Below are positions 50,736 through 63,635 of a stretch of 64,000 nucleotides of DNA, one piece after another. Position numbers and translations under genes: made by a program. The notes beneath the pieces are model-generated. The model worked only from the letters and a program-made list of their open reading frames with translations, searched no databases and was not told the DNA's origin. This stretch comes from Daphnia carinata (Eukaryota). Position 1 is the stretch's first letter; the number at the start of each line of letters is the position of its first letter. The stretch spans positions 4,774,001 to 4,838,000 of the forward strand of contig NC_081332.1 in the NCBI RefSeq assembly GCF_022539665.2. Reading direction: 5' to 3'.

Positions 50736-52411
50736 CTAAAGCTCATCTTTCTCCTGCTTTTCATTCAAAAGTTTGGCGACAAAAAAATACATGTCGTCTA
50801 AACTGCGGTTTCCATCGTATTCCTCTACCTTTGCACCATTTGAATAGAGGAACATTGTGGGGAAACCATTGACCTATTGTTTCAATTAAACCGCAATTAA
50901 TTTAACGCTTTCAATCGATATTACGAAGACAACCTTTTGGTCGGCACAGAGCTGGCGGTTCGATCCCTCAGTGCAGTCAACTTTGGCAATTTTTACTCCA
51001 GCTTTGCCGACAAATTTAGTTCCCAATTCGTCCCACTGCATATACCATTAGTTGTTATTTTAACTTTTCTAAAGATCAATAGAAACATTTACCGTAGGTG
51101 ACATCCTTTTGCAATGACCACACCTGCAAAAAAAAAAATTGTGACGAAAGGCTAATTTCCAAAAGGCCACTAATTTTCCTTACCATGGTGCATAAAATTT
51201 TACAAAGGTAACTCCTGATGCTATTCCATTTTCAAAATTGGAGTCCACAAGCTGAACAACAGGACTAGAACCAGTCACAGTTGTCTTTTCCTATATTTTG
51301 GTCGATAAAAATTGTGTTGTTTTATTTAATAATTGTGCATAAAACTTACAGTTTTTGCTTCAGCAGCCTCACCATCGCCGCCTTTCATTCGTTCAATAAA
51401 AGCTTTAAGATCTTCGTGGGTTCTCGTTCCTTGGTATTTTTCAACCTATAAAAAGAAAAAAGAAAATCACTTAATCAGGCTATGTACTCAAACAACTAAA
51501 AAATTGCCATGCACATACTTTCTTTCCGTCTTTAATCCAAAGCAGCGTAGGATATCCCTTAACGTCGAATTCATTACACAAGTTACGAGACTGAGTGCAG
51601 TCAACCTTTCCGATAGTAACACTGTTGTCATGTCCAATTGATTGGGCAAGACTATCCCAAGTACCCGCCATTTTTTGGCAATGCCCACACCACGGAGCAA
51701 AAAATTTCACAAAGTGTTCTCCAGAGGCAACATGCTCGTGAAAATTATCTTCAGAAAGGTCCACAGCACCCTTAAGAGGCTCAGTGTTAGTTTCAACAAC
51801 CTTCTCCTGAGAATGATGAAAAAAAAATGTTAAAACCTTGAGACATATACCAAAATTAGACCAGATTACTTTATTATCTGGTAATCCTAGCGTTTCTTTA
51901 ATAAAGCTCAACAATGAACTAAGGTCCCTTGGACCTCTATGGCGCTGTGATTCTGTTACTCCTTTAGAGAAGAATTTCAACCTGTGCAATTCAAAGATGT
52001 AAACAAAGTGAGTAAGGTATTTGATTTGTGCAAACTTTACGTTGGGTAGCCAGTGACATCTTGTTGGGAGCAAAGGGAAGTTGCTGTAGTGCAATCTACT
52101 TCTGCAATTACCACTTTCTCATCTACTTTTGACTGAACAGTACTAGCTAGCTCAGCCCATGTTGGTTTTAAACGTTCACAGTGACCACACCTGCAAAAAT
52201 TGATTTTCTCAAATTATTCCCTGTTAATGACTAAAGCCTAAAACTTTACTTACCATGGTGCAAAAAACATAACAAAGTGGTGATTTTTTGATAATTCTGT
52301 AGAAAAGTTGTCACCATCAAGTTTTACCACTTGACTAGTGCCTGCATCAGCCTCATTTCCTGCAACTATCTTCAACAATAAGGTAATGGCAAAAAAGGTG
52401 CAATATCCCAT
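50736..52411 (-). CDS. TXNDC5: Thioredoxin domain-containing protein 5 (ERp46/pretaporter-like PDI family)
   Basis: Signal peptide, three thioredoxin domains each with APWCGHC, and C-terminal KDEL before TAG. Confidence 0.93.
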
Positions 52412-52715
52412 TTTCTAACAGAGCAAAAAAATACAATTTTACTTCTGATCACACGTGACGTTTTTCGTTGCAAGATATGTGCGGATTGTCTGCTGAAAAT
52501 GTAACAATCTACCTTTCCTTGCTGGATGAAAATTGGCAGGTTGCCGGTAAAAATGACGAGCTATGCTTAGACTGACACGTGTAATATTTTGCAGCTAATG
52601 CTTCCTTGGGATGAAGCACAAATAGAATAAACGGATCCTTATCAGCCTACACACGATATCGTAGGGCGTTATTTATTTTATTTCTATTCAGATCATCCGG
52701 TAAAACAAAACTATA

Positions 52716-52864
52716 AATGCCATCTGGTGTTGCACTTTTAGATGGGATTCCGCGCCATCTAGATTTATATAAAAACCCAAACGCCATCTGTGTACTTGTT
52801 TCACAACTCTAATCTACACGCCATCTATAGGCTTGTTTTAGAACCTTAACCTCGCGCCATTTAA
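52716..52864. promoter_or_regulatory. Cluster of five GCCATCT(A/G)-type motifs (CTCF- or YY1/Pho-like)
   Basis: tgccatctggtg, cgcgccatctaga, cgccatctgtg, cgccatctatagg and cgcgccattta, spaced ~30-38 bp apart. Confidence 0.45.
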
Positions 52865-53177
52865 ACGCATGCTCCAGAAGCTTTAGATAAAATATTAACT
52901 TATTACTTAATTTATTAACTTAAGAGAAAGATCATCGTTGATTTTAACAGTTTCAATTTATAGCGAAAAATTCCATTACTAATTGTTACCACATAAAATG
53001 AACCTAATAGCAAACTTTCTCATTGACCACTGATAAAATCCGTAAAATGAATTCAATAAGCTTAATTTTGACTCTATAAAGCAAAATGGAAAAATGGGGT
53101 GGAGTTTTGTTTGTCTGTCACATTTTGTCACAAAACAATACTGAGTAAACATCTTTTCCACAAAAAAAAATTTAATT

Positions 53178-53243
53178 TCATAAGACTCGAACCCGTGTAA
53201 TCGGCATGTCAGCCGAAAACTATGCCACAGCACCACCCTTATT
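53178..53243 (-). other. tRNA-like unit
   Basis: Minus strand: TGGTGCTGTGG (A-box-like), stem tcggc/gccga, and B box GGTTCGAGTC. Confidence 0.5.
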
Positions 53244-53309
53244 TAACTACCCATTGCATAAGCTACATATTCTACTGCGGACACCCAAAGCGAAATTTGT
53301 TTGGAACGT

Positions 53310-53382
53310 GCGGTCCTGGCACAGTGGTTATCACCCACGCTTTGTAATCTGTAGTCCTCGGGTTCAAGTCCCGCCACCGCCA
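53310..53382 (+). other. tRNA-like unit / tRNA-derived SINE head
   Basis: GCGGTCC-TGGCACAGTGG (A box), then GGGTTCAAGTCCC (B box/T arm), then CACCGCCA. Anticodon arm is degenerate. Followed by a C-rich tract, gcaagattct repeats and a (CA)n tract. Confidence 0.65.
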
Positions 53383-54625
53383 ATTTCCGCCAAGCCCTCC
53401 CTTCCCTCCCCCCTCTCCTCCCACCCACCCCTCCAATACGTCATTCAAGACTCGCAAGATTCTTCATCACATCGGATTCGCAAGATTCTTCAATTCGCAA
53501 GATTCTTCAATTCATCGGATGACGCAAGATTCTACATACATTACTTCGGTCATCATCTACCTCAAGAAAGAAGACGAAGAAAGAAGAAAGAAGACGAAGA
53601 AAAAAGGGCCATGCCTACTATAAAGGGGCTAAAATGGCAGAAGAAAAACACACACACACATACATACACACATCACTCACGACACGTATACAGACGTTTC
53701 ACATCGATCTGTAGTACCGTTCACTACACGTTAAAGATCGACCCAAAAACTGCGGTAGAGAAGAGGTGAACGTTGAACGTAGGTTGTTCGTAAGTTCTCC
53801 CCATGGCCTGAAAGACGGTTCGTGGATGCAAGCAGCTTATCATCGGGATATGTGACCCTCTTCGATACCAATGTTTTTGTTTTTCCTTAAAAGCGAAACG
53901 CTTAATCCGGCTCCTATGGAAACGCAGTTTGCTGTGACCAACTGCGTGAGCCATAACCAGAAGATTCACTGAAAGATTAATTATGGTCTTGTTGTTTCAA
54001 ATTACCTCAAACAATCATTAGTTCAATCCATCACTACACACTGTTTCACAATCTTCAAGCTCTCTAATCAGTATAATAATCTGATGCAACAATCAGCCTT
54101 ATATCTCCATAGTTCCATTCCGTGATTTTGTAGTTAAATTCTAGTTCTCTTTTCATAATTAGTTTTTGAGACAGAGGGAGACTTTAAACGTTATAATGTT
54201 TGTGATATGAGCTGGGTTTTCTGCGCATTGCGCCATCCTTTATATGGGCTGCAACATGTAATGATCCATTGTTGTAAAAGAGCACAGCAAATTTTAATTG
54301 TGGACGAATCAGATTCATTTTCTAGAAGCAGTATGTACAGTATAACTTGTACCACACCTATACACTATAATGGAATTGCGCGTTTCGTGAAACAATCGGT
54401 TGGAAAGACAAATTTGATTTTAGAATTAAAAGTCACGTGTTTTTATTAAGCTGTATAGTATGAAGAGAACAACATATCCTTATGCTACAAACATAGCAGT
54501 TCCCTTAATAAATAATTATTTTATCTAGCATATTGTTGCTTTCCTTCTGCGTGCAAAGGTGAGCATATCCACATAAGTCTACAAAAGTGCATGTTGAGTA
54601 CCCAATTCGGCTGCACGGTCGCTAT

Positions 54626-55279
54626 TTATGCTGGACATTGGCAGATACAGCCGGACTTGAAAGCTTGTTGGTATACTCCTTGACCAGCTAGACCAGCGTT
54701 CTGATAGTTGTTTCCAGCACCGTAACCATTTCCTCCGTATTGATATCCTCCATTGCTAGTTGGCGGATTGAAGTAGGACGAAGTCTTGACTGAAGCAGCA
54801 CCTGATGCATAACCCTCTGATCCACTGTAACCATTAGCGTTGCCCTTGCCATAAGCTGGACTCGTTGAGCCATCAGCATACTGCACATCGGCTACGTATC
54901 CATTTTGATCGGCAGAGTAGCTCACAACTTGAAGGCGATCGTCGGGTAAGAGTACACGGTATTCTCCGTTTACCTTGCCTAGCTTACTAGCCTCTTCGTG
55001 ACCGAAATCCTGGCCAGAATAAGTATCCCTACGACACACGACGATCTCAGATAAGTAAGGATGACGACGATATTAAAAAAAAAAATTTAACTCACAAGAT
55101 CTGGTAAGCGTAAGAGTATGCCGGAGTGTTGGAATAAGTATCCGAATACGAGAAAGATGAGCTGACGAAAGCCATCAAAATAACAGCAACCTGGACAAGA
55201 ACATTTAAAACAATTCTAATTGAATACAGAAAACTAAAAGACTTAGTTGTTTTACCAAAGTAAGCATAGTTAAAGACAT
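54626..55279 (-). CDS. Cuticular protein with Rebers-Riddiford chitin-binding domain (pro-resilin-like), 3 exons
   Basis: Signal peptide MSLTMLTL/VAVILMAFV, YSYAYQIL/DTYSGQDFGHEE, GEYRVLLPDDRLQVVSYSADQNGYVADVQY, and a Gly/Tyr/Asn-rich tail. Confidence 0.88.
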
Positions 55280-58200
55280 GTTGATCAGCTATTAATTAAA
55301 TGTTCGGATGCTGGCAGAGAAGCTTGAAACTGAGAAGAAACTTGGAACTGACTGTGCATTTTAGGTACCACAACATTGTCCTTTTATACATTAGTTGAGA
55401 CTGTTGTCGTTGCGTGTTCAACTGTGGTTACTCATTATTGTTCTGTGTAATATACTGTTATTTAGGCGATGCTGGGAAATGATATTATTACGAGAGGAGG
55501 GGTTTTACTGAAGTCTTGAAGGTCTGGCTCACCCCGTAAAACCGGATCAACCGTGAGGTGCAGCCAGTCGCTCTGCTCGGCGCGTCTCGCCAAGTTTCAG
55601 ATTCTCGGTGACATCGCGTGAAACGAAAGAAATAGAACTATGGCAACAGCAATCGCAGCTCTATACGCTTTTCCTATAGCCTTCGACCATCGGTACGCCC
55701 GTTTGTCGCTTGATCGCGACCACAAGAAAAGAAAAAATTACAGATAAAGATACAGAAGACTTTCCCTTAATGCGTCGCCTAATTCGAAACCAATTAAAGA
55801 CAACAATTATTTTTTTTCCCTTACCACCCAATACTGTTCTTTATGTGTGACCGAAAGACTAGTCTTTCGCGATCGGTCGATCGTCTCTATCGAGAAAACA
55901 AAATCTTGAGTCCATTTCTTTGTAATCTTGCAATCGTAAACCGCTTTGAACAGAAACAAAATTGAATCTCTCAATTTCCTTTAAAATTTCACAATCAAAC
56001 AAATTTGCACAATCAGTTTTTCTTCAAAAAAGAAAATCGGGTCTAAACGAAAACTGTTCGCAGTGACTCGTGAATACAGAGTGAACCCTTTTTCAGATCA
56101 AAACAAAACGATCCCAAGTGTGGATGTCAAAGATGCAAACAGATAAACATTTGATTTAAGTGGTGGCTATTACGGATTTGCGTAGACTATTAAACAAAAT
56201 TGATTGGTCGTTGGTGACTTACCTTCCCATGGAATATCGTGTGAGGATATGTTCGTATATTCGCTTGATCGCACTTCCACGGTGTCTCTCTATGATATAA
56301 CTGTGGGTCAGCCCATTTTTCCAAACACAGAATGACGATCATTGCCTTGAAAAATTACAGCAGTGCCAAATATACGAGAGATCAATTGTGAGAATGAGAG
56401 ATATTTTTCTGTAATTATCGTCTTTTTTTTGTTTTTACGTGTTCTGCCCGACATACTAACGAGGTTATGATCAACATCTCTACACATTTCTAGTACACAA
56501 CAATTAAAATACTAGAATCACATTTTTATGATTTTGTTTACACCAAAGACTCTTCATAGCTCAGGTGTACCCTTCTGTCTAATGGACCACAGTTGAATAC
56601 AAAGTCCAACACAAAAGAAATCATAAAAAAAATCATGAACTCTTTTGGATACAATCCTTATTGAAGGACACTGTATGAAAGTGAATATCGTACAGAACAT
56701 TCAGTTTTCAAGGAATAAAGACCTACATTATTATGATGATGCCACCATCTGGAATCTTGCAAGAAATATCCTATTTACATCAGATGATCAAACTTACCCC
56801 ACATTGAGGTACTGATGCCACAGCACAAGCTATCATATCTGATATCTATCATTATGCAATCGTTATCCAGGTAACTAATAAAAATATCGTCCTTGGTAAT
56901 GGAACACAAGGTGAATACCACATATTTTAAGAGCTACGAGAAGATTTTAATTGCCGAGCAGCTTTTCGAATCGGGTCGTGAGAAAACCAAGAATACAGAA
57001 AATTATTAATGTGGAAATTATACAGTAGAAAGGTAACTAGAATACCTGCAAAAAAACAACCATAAATTGTCATCACTGGGCATTATCATGAATTCTACGA
57101 GTAAAAGCGTTCATGAATAAAATTTGAAAAATTTATTTTGTCACATCAGGAACGCCTTGTGAAAACACTCCAAGGATTCCGGCTACGGTATCGTTTCGCA
57201 ACATCATTTCGGCTATTTGTTACAGGTAGCAGCAGCAGGTGATCCTGTTTTGCAATCATTAAATTAAAAAGGAAATTATGTATACGTTACATTCTGACGG
57301 ATGATGACGGCAAAATTTCAGCATCTCGTTTCTCCTGTAGTTCACTTTCACTCTTTTTTAAAAACTTCTTTGCCGAAGGCATAGCATTAAAAAAAAACAA
57401 TAAAGCCATGATAAACGTATATAGAAATCGGCAGACATTGTTAAATCGCCCATTGCATCTATTATTATCACGCTCAATTAGGCTTACATTTATACGCGAT
57501 GGGGGCTAGCTATTTTCTTCTGGGTGTGACTCCGGCACGAGTTTTCAACCTGTAATCGAGCCAGCGTGATGACGTATCGATATAGGAAAAGTAAAACTGC
57601 ATAAGTAAGTGTGCCGATGATCGATGACGAAGAAAAATGCGTTTTCAAACAGGGAAATCATGAAATGGTGCACCTCTATCAAAAATTTTTACTTATAAAC
57701 AACTTTCCCTTTTTTTTAGAGCCAGCTCCGAGCATTGTATACTTTTGCGAATGCGCAGTGTGAAAAATGATTGTTTTACATTCTCAGTGGTGATAACGAG
57801 ATTACTATTCCCCTATACTGTGATAACAAAATGGAAAACAAAGAATTCACAGAACATATTGGCTCCTGAAGCACAAACGAAAGCAGATTATTTCGATTTC
57901 TCGTAACATTTCAACAAGAAAAAGAGTAACGTAACAATCATCAGTACTACAAGGTATATAACGTTCACCTGATGATGGAAGGCTCGGTTTAACGAGGGAA
58001 AACAGCCCGCTCCGACAAATGGTTAAGTTTAACGACCGGAGAATGTTCACTTTCTCTATTGCTGTCATGCACATCAAGAAGACAAGACATAAAAGATCGT
58101 CTTCATCGCATAACATCCGACAATGGTTGGCCGTAACGCGCGGTCGTCCATCATATCGTGCGGTTACGCTTTGTTCTTTGTTTTACACGACAGAAACACA

Positions 58201-58594
58201 ACGGGGGTTGAATTAAGCTTTTTCTTTCTTTAAGAGCCGCTTGCGATGGAGCGCCAGTTTTTCAGCGCTTTCGCTCGTCTGATTGCTGTGTGTGCTCACC
58301 TGGTTGACGAATTTCTCGCGCACTTTGCCGTAGAAAGTGAAAGGCTATAACGTGAGAGGACGCAAGTTAGATCTCATTTTCATAGAAAAGAGTTTCTTTT
58401 TGGTTATTTTGGAGATATACATTTTTTATTGAATTCAATATCGTAAGACACACAAAATGAGGAAGCACATTTTCTTACACACTACAATGAAGGATCGACT
58501 CATCGTCTCATTATATATAGATGATTTTATCTGTTTTTTTTAGTAGGATGCATATTGACGGCTTAGAATAATAGACTTTTGAGTTAAATTATAT

Positions 58595-60647
58595 TCATAC
58601 TGGCGCATACTGTTGAGGGGACCTGTACTCTGGGGCAGAGTCTTGTTCAGGACGATGGTAAACGGGTCTGTATACTGGGAAAGAAGGCTCTGGACGATCT
58701 TCGCCTGGGTAAGGATAGACGGGTCTGGATGGGTAAGCTGGCTCGGGGTAGGAGGGTCTGTTGTAGGCGGGTTCTGGATAGGACGGTCTGCTGGGATATT
58801 CAAGCTTCGGGTAAGGTGGTCTAGAGTAAGATGGCTCTGCTGGGTATGGTGGTCGAGTAGGGTAGGCTTCTTCGGGGTAGGAAGGTTCAGGGTATGTGGG
58901 CTCGGTGTAAGGAGCTTCAGTTGTGGTAGTGGTAGGAGCTGGTGTGGTGGTAGTGGTAGTTGTTGTAGTAGGAGCAGGGGTAGTTGTGGTAGTCTTGTAT
59001 TCCGGGGTAGTTACCTCAGGTGTAGGTTCCGGTTTTGGTTCAGCTTTTGGTTCGGTCTTGTAAACTGGTTCGCGATAGGCTGGCTTTGATGGAGCTGGCT
59101 CGGAGTAAGTTGGCCTGTTTGGGTAAACTGGTCTGCCGGCATGAGATGGTTTCTGATATTCGGGTTTAGGATACGATGGTCTCTTGTAAGAAGGCTCGGG
59201 GTAAGCGGGTTCGGGATAAGATGCCTCACGATAAACGGGTTTGGGTGCGGCAGTTGGTTCGGGGTAGGCTGGCTCGCGATAAACAGGCTTAGTTGGAGCT
59301 TTTGGTTCGGCATAGACTGGCTCACGGTAGGCAGGCTTTGATGAGGCAGCTGGTTCACGATAGACAGGTTTAGCTGGGGCAGCTGGCTCACGGTAAGCTG
59401 CCTTAGCTGGGGCAGCTGGCTCACGGTAAGCTGCCTTAGCTGGGGCAGCTGGCTCACGGTACGCTGGCTTAGCTGGGGCAACTGGTTCACGGTAAGCTGG
59501 CTTAGCTGGGGTAACAGGCTCGCGATAAGCTGGTTTAACTGGGGTAGCAGGTTCGCGATAAACTGGCTGGGCTGGAGCAGCTGGCTCGGGATAAGCTAGC
59601 TCTTTAGGATAAGATTGCCTACTAGGATAATCAGGCTTCTTTGGGTAAGATGGTCTAGGGTATGCAGGCTCAGCCTGGTAGGCAAGGGCCGCCTTGTACG
59701 GTGATTGAGTCGGTTCAATGTACTCGGGATAAATGGCCTCGCCTTCGTAGGTGACGTCAGCGGTGAATCCGGTTTCGGGATCGGCTCTGTACTTGACGAT
59801 CTGTTTACGACCATCGGGCAAAACTACGTGGTAAGATCCGGTGACCACCTTGCCGTCGCTTTCTTCCTGGCGACCGTAATCGTCGTATTCGTCCTTGACG
59901 GCGTAACCAAAGTTGTACGGTTCTCTTGTTACCTATCGATAGAACACAATTTAATTGTTATGCAAATCAGCTCAGAAAAGCTCCTTCAACGTACCTCCTT
60001 TTCCTCTTCTTCCTGGTCAGCTTTATATGGAGCAGGTTCAGCAGCCTTGTAGGCGGGCTTCCTGATTGCCGGACGAGGATACTCTGGCTCAGCTTGCTCT
60101 TTAGGATAAGCAGGCTGACGAGGCCGATAAACAGGCTTAGCTGGATAGGCAGGTTCAGGTTGGGTGTACTCCGGTTCTTGCTGTTTAGACGGGACGTAAG
60201 CTGGAGGTTTGTACTCTACTGGTTCTTCATAAGTAGCTGGTTTAGCGGGGTACGATGGCTCGGGCTTAGCGGGATAAGATGGTTCGGACTTAGCGGGATA
60301 CGATGGCTCGGGCTTAGCGAGGTAAGATGGCTCGGGCTTAGCGGGGTACGATGGCTCGGGCTTAGGGTAATCCTTTGGCTCCTCGTATGTTTTAGGGACA
60401 TAACGGGCAGACTGGGCACGACGACGGATGATGGGTGCCTCATCAGTTGCAGGCTGGACGCGACGACGGTACTCGGGGGCTTCGTCCGTCGTTGCCTGTT
60501 GAACACGACGCCGCTGGACTGGCACATCATCAGCAGCTGCTACTAAAGCAACTATAAAAGCGATGCAAATAATAAAAACCTACGAAGAGGATAATAAAAT
60601 AGATGCATTAGTTGTTCGTATATTATATTAAAATGATATACCTTCAT
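58595..60647 (-). CDS. Pro/Tyr/Glu-rich cuticular protein with R&R domain; exons ~60647-60642, 60579-59995, 59932-58595
   Basis: MK micro-exon plus signal peptide; PYNFGYAVKDEYDDYGRQEESDGKVVTGSYHVVLPDGRKQIVKYRADPETGFTADVTYEGEA; EPSYPAKP and YREPAAPAKPA repeats; Thr-rich stretch. Confidence 0.92.
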
Positions 60648-63635
60648 GTTTTCTACTTGTTTGTGTACGTGAAAAGAGAGCAAAGCTAACACAGCTTTAC
60701 TTCCAAAAGAGGTAGAAGTCAACTGTACTGAATGTTGATGTGCGCTGTCTGACTTATATAGGCGGTGTAGATGCTTCCATCGTCAATATGCCCGCCTCCT
60801 TTGCACGCAATGCGGGATAACAGGTGAACAGTTGTGCAGTTTTGCTTTACCTGTGTGTGTACAACCCACGTATAGACACACACCTTTGCTCTCTCTCTTA
60901 CTGATGATGTGTTGCCCGTCTTTCTCCTTGTTCTCACCCAACTCCCCCACCAAAACAGACGATATCTAAAGGGCGCAATTGTCCACGGCTTGTTGGCCTT
61001 TCCCTTTCTCTTCTTGCTAACGTGGAGTGTCTTCCCCGCCCAACTTATGGCAGTTACTCGATCTATTTTTTGTGTGTGTGTGTGTGCAACGTCTAACGTC
61101 TCTAACTGGCCTGTAACACTAACGGCAGGTATTCCAATGTGCGTGTTCGAACAATGAATAGGAAACAAAATGAATTCGGGCGAGAAAGTTTTTCAAATCG
61201 TCCCTCTAACTATCACGATCAAAGAAGAAGAAAAAAAAAATATGGGGCACGCCCCAATAAAAAATGTTGATTTTCTTTACCTTCCAATTTTAATTTGATC
61301 CGTATAGAAGCTACTATAACTCTACAGCAATCAATTGAAAAGCTCCATATAAATGCTGTGGGAAATACAATGGCATAAAACACTGGACGCATTTCGTGAC
61401 TAAAGTCAACGGCCTTTTCAGTGGAAAATTGGTCCATCCAGTGGTTATGTTTGTAAACAATATTCACGTTTCTCAGCAAAAGCATATAAAAATAAAGAAA
61501 GAGGTTTTTTTTTTTTTAAACAAGAACAACTTTCCCCCGTGAGTGGTGCAGCTTGATTTGGTGCAATCAACCACACGGATATACGTAATCTGGTTAAGAT
61601 TTGTGTCTGATGTGATGATGGCGGTACGCTATTTGTATATCAACGGCTTACGTGCATATGCGAACGAAGATAGATTGTCACACGCGATACGTTTACAATT
61701 GGAAAGCCACTGATGTGAGGAATTCTTTTGGATTTTTTCATCCCTCAATGCGATCACGCGTTCGCGTGATTTCGTGTAACTCGCGGAGATTTTCATCAAG
61801 GCCGATGACATCTTCGTTGACATTAAAAGACGGGTGACGCTTGTAAGATTAGAAGCTACTTCATTTATTCAAAGCATATGACGCAATTGAGGACACTGAT
61901 TAATACTTATCTTTCCATCGTCTCTTATTAAGAAGAAATTCATTTTTTGGGAGGGAGATTTCAACTTAAAAGCGTCTCGACACACCTAGAAAAAAAAGGT
62001 CAAAAAAACTAAAATTTCTCAACAGAAAAAAGTCGTGATATTCCGGAGGAGAAATGGAAAGTGGATACATCTCTCTCTCTCTCTCTCTCTCCCCTTCGTT
62101 CCTTTTTTTTTATTACAAAAACATGAAAACAAAAAAAAATATGACGTGCTGTAGCAAAATTTTGAGAGTGCACGTCTTAGTGGGCCTGGCTAAAATGAAC
62201 GATTCTCGGAGCTAAAAGGGCGTGGTCATGAAAATAAGATTTCCCCATCCGCTACCCGGTTAGTTTCGCATGACCCACATATCATCGTGTATATACACAA
62301 TTTTCTTTGCACAGAAAGAGGACCATCAGATGAAGTGATAATGTAACGATATAAATATAAACCGGTTGGGTTTGCCCCCCTTTTTTGCGGGATCCCGAAA
62401 GCACGCTATCGAAAAAAAAAACATACAAACATAACGAGACACGAGTTGCCCGTATCGATGTGTAGTTTGTGTATATCAAACATGCGCACGAGTGAAAAGT
62501 GTTTCCCTGTTTCCTGGGTGATATAGCTTTACTCATTAGAAAGTAGCCTATATATTTTTCAAAAAACCTTTTTAAAAATAAAAAGGAGAAAAACAACCGA
62601 AAAAAACGAATTTTGCTATTTGATTTATTCAACTCTTTCCTCATGCCCTTTTAAGGCCACACATTTTTATCCGCCTCCGTTTTAAAAACCCGGCTAGTCA
62701 ATTAGGAGTTCATAGACCTCCCAATGCGTGTTACTATTTAAGTGAATTAGATTACATCGCATCTAATTATCTATCACGTCCTACCTTATTTCTTCTTAGA
62801 ACTCTTTTCAAAAAAGATGGGGTCAGGTAAAAAAGAGACAGCTTTCGTCCCTGTTTACGTCGATCGTACCATCTTCATGGGGGAAAGGGTAAGCAAAAGA
62901 AACAAAAATTTTCCAAAATATGACGTAATTACCGAAACCTTGGAAAGTGATAGTCAATTGTTTTTTTTGCGGCTTCCTTAGAAAAAGCCTATTAAACTCT
63001 CACTCTCTCTGGCCCCTATTCATAGTAGAGTCGAACAAAAGATTTAATAACAATCAAAGAAGCACATTAAGCCCCAAAAAAAAAGAAATAAATACGAAAA
63101 CCACATCAACATTAGACCCCACCCACGTCTGCATGAATAACAAAATTCTTATGGGGCCGCTGATGCTCGCACGGCGGAACAGAAGCATCACGACCATAGC
63201 CGATTACATCAACCTTGGCGGTTATAACAATGCGCGGTTTAACAAAAACTTTTCGCTTTCGTCATATCAACATTTTCTCTCTGTCGTCATTGTAGAGCAA
63301 CAGGTTCTGTTTTTCGAGGTGTCTTCTGATGGCCGACTAACCGCATTCATTTTGAACCCCCCCCCTTCTCTTTAATTTTGTTTTTAACTGAATACAATTC
63401 TGAATAGGTGCGTAGTGTATTTTGTTAAAAGTCTACTTCAACAACAAAAACAATGAAACAATAACAATTTCTGCAGCGATTCAAATTGCGTCAACGCAAA
63501 GTGAATGCCGATTATACGAAAAATTCTATATAAGTATGTAAAGTATGGAACTGAGAGTTCACAAAAAAAAAAAAAATCTTAATAACTGCATAAGTTATTG
63601 AGGTCCAAATTCGGTCGATCTATTTTTCCTTTCGT

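Noticed and set aside
52450..52462. CACGTGACGT as a UPR/E-box element at TXNDC5
   Set aside because: Short motif; plausible but not distinguishable from chance without data.
56630..57000. Possible decayed cuticle-gene fragment (MMPPSGILQEISY)
   Set aside because: Similarity is too short and all frames are interrupted.
58613..60546. Overlapping alternative-frame and antisense ORFs in the cuticle gene
   Set aside because: By-products of repetitive Pro-rich codon usage.
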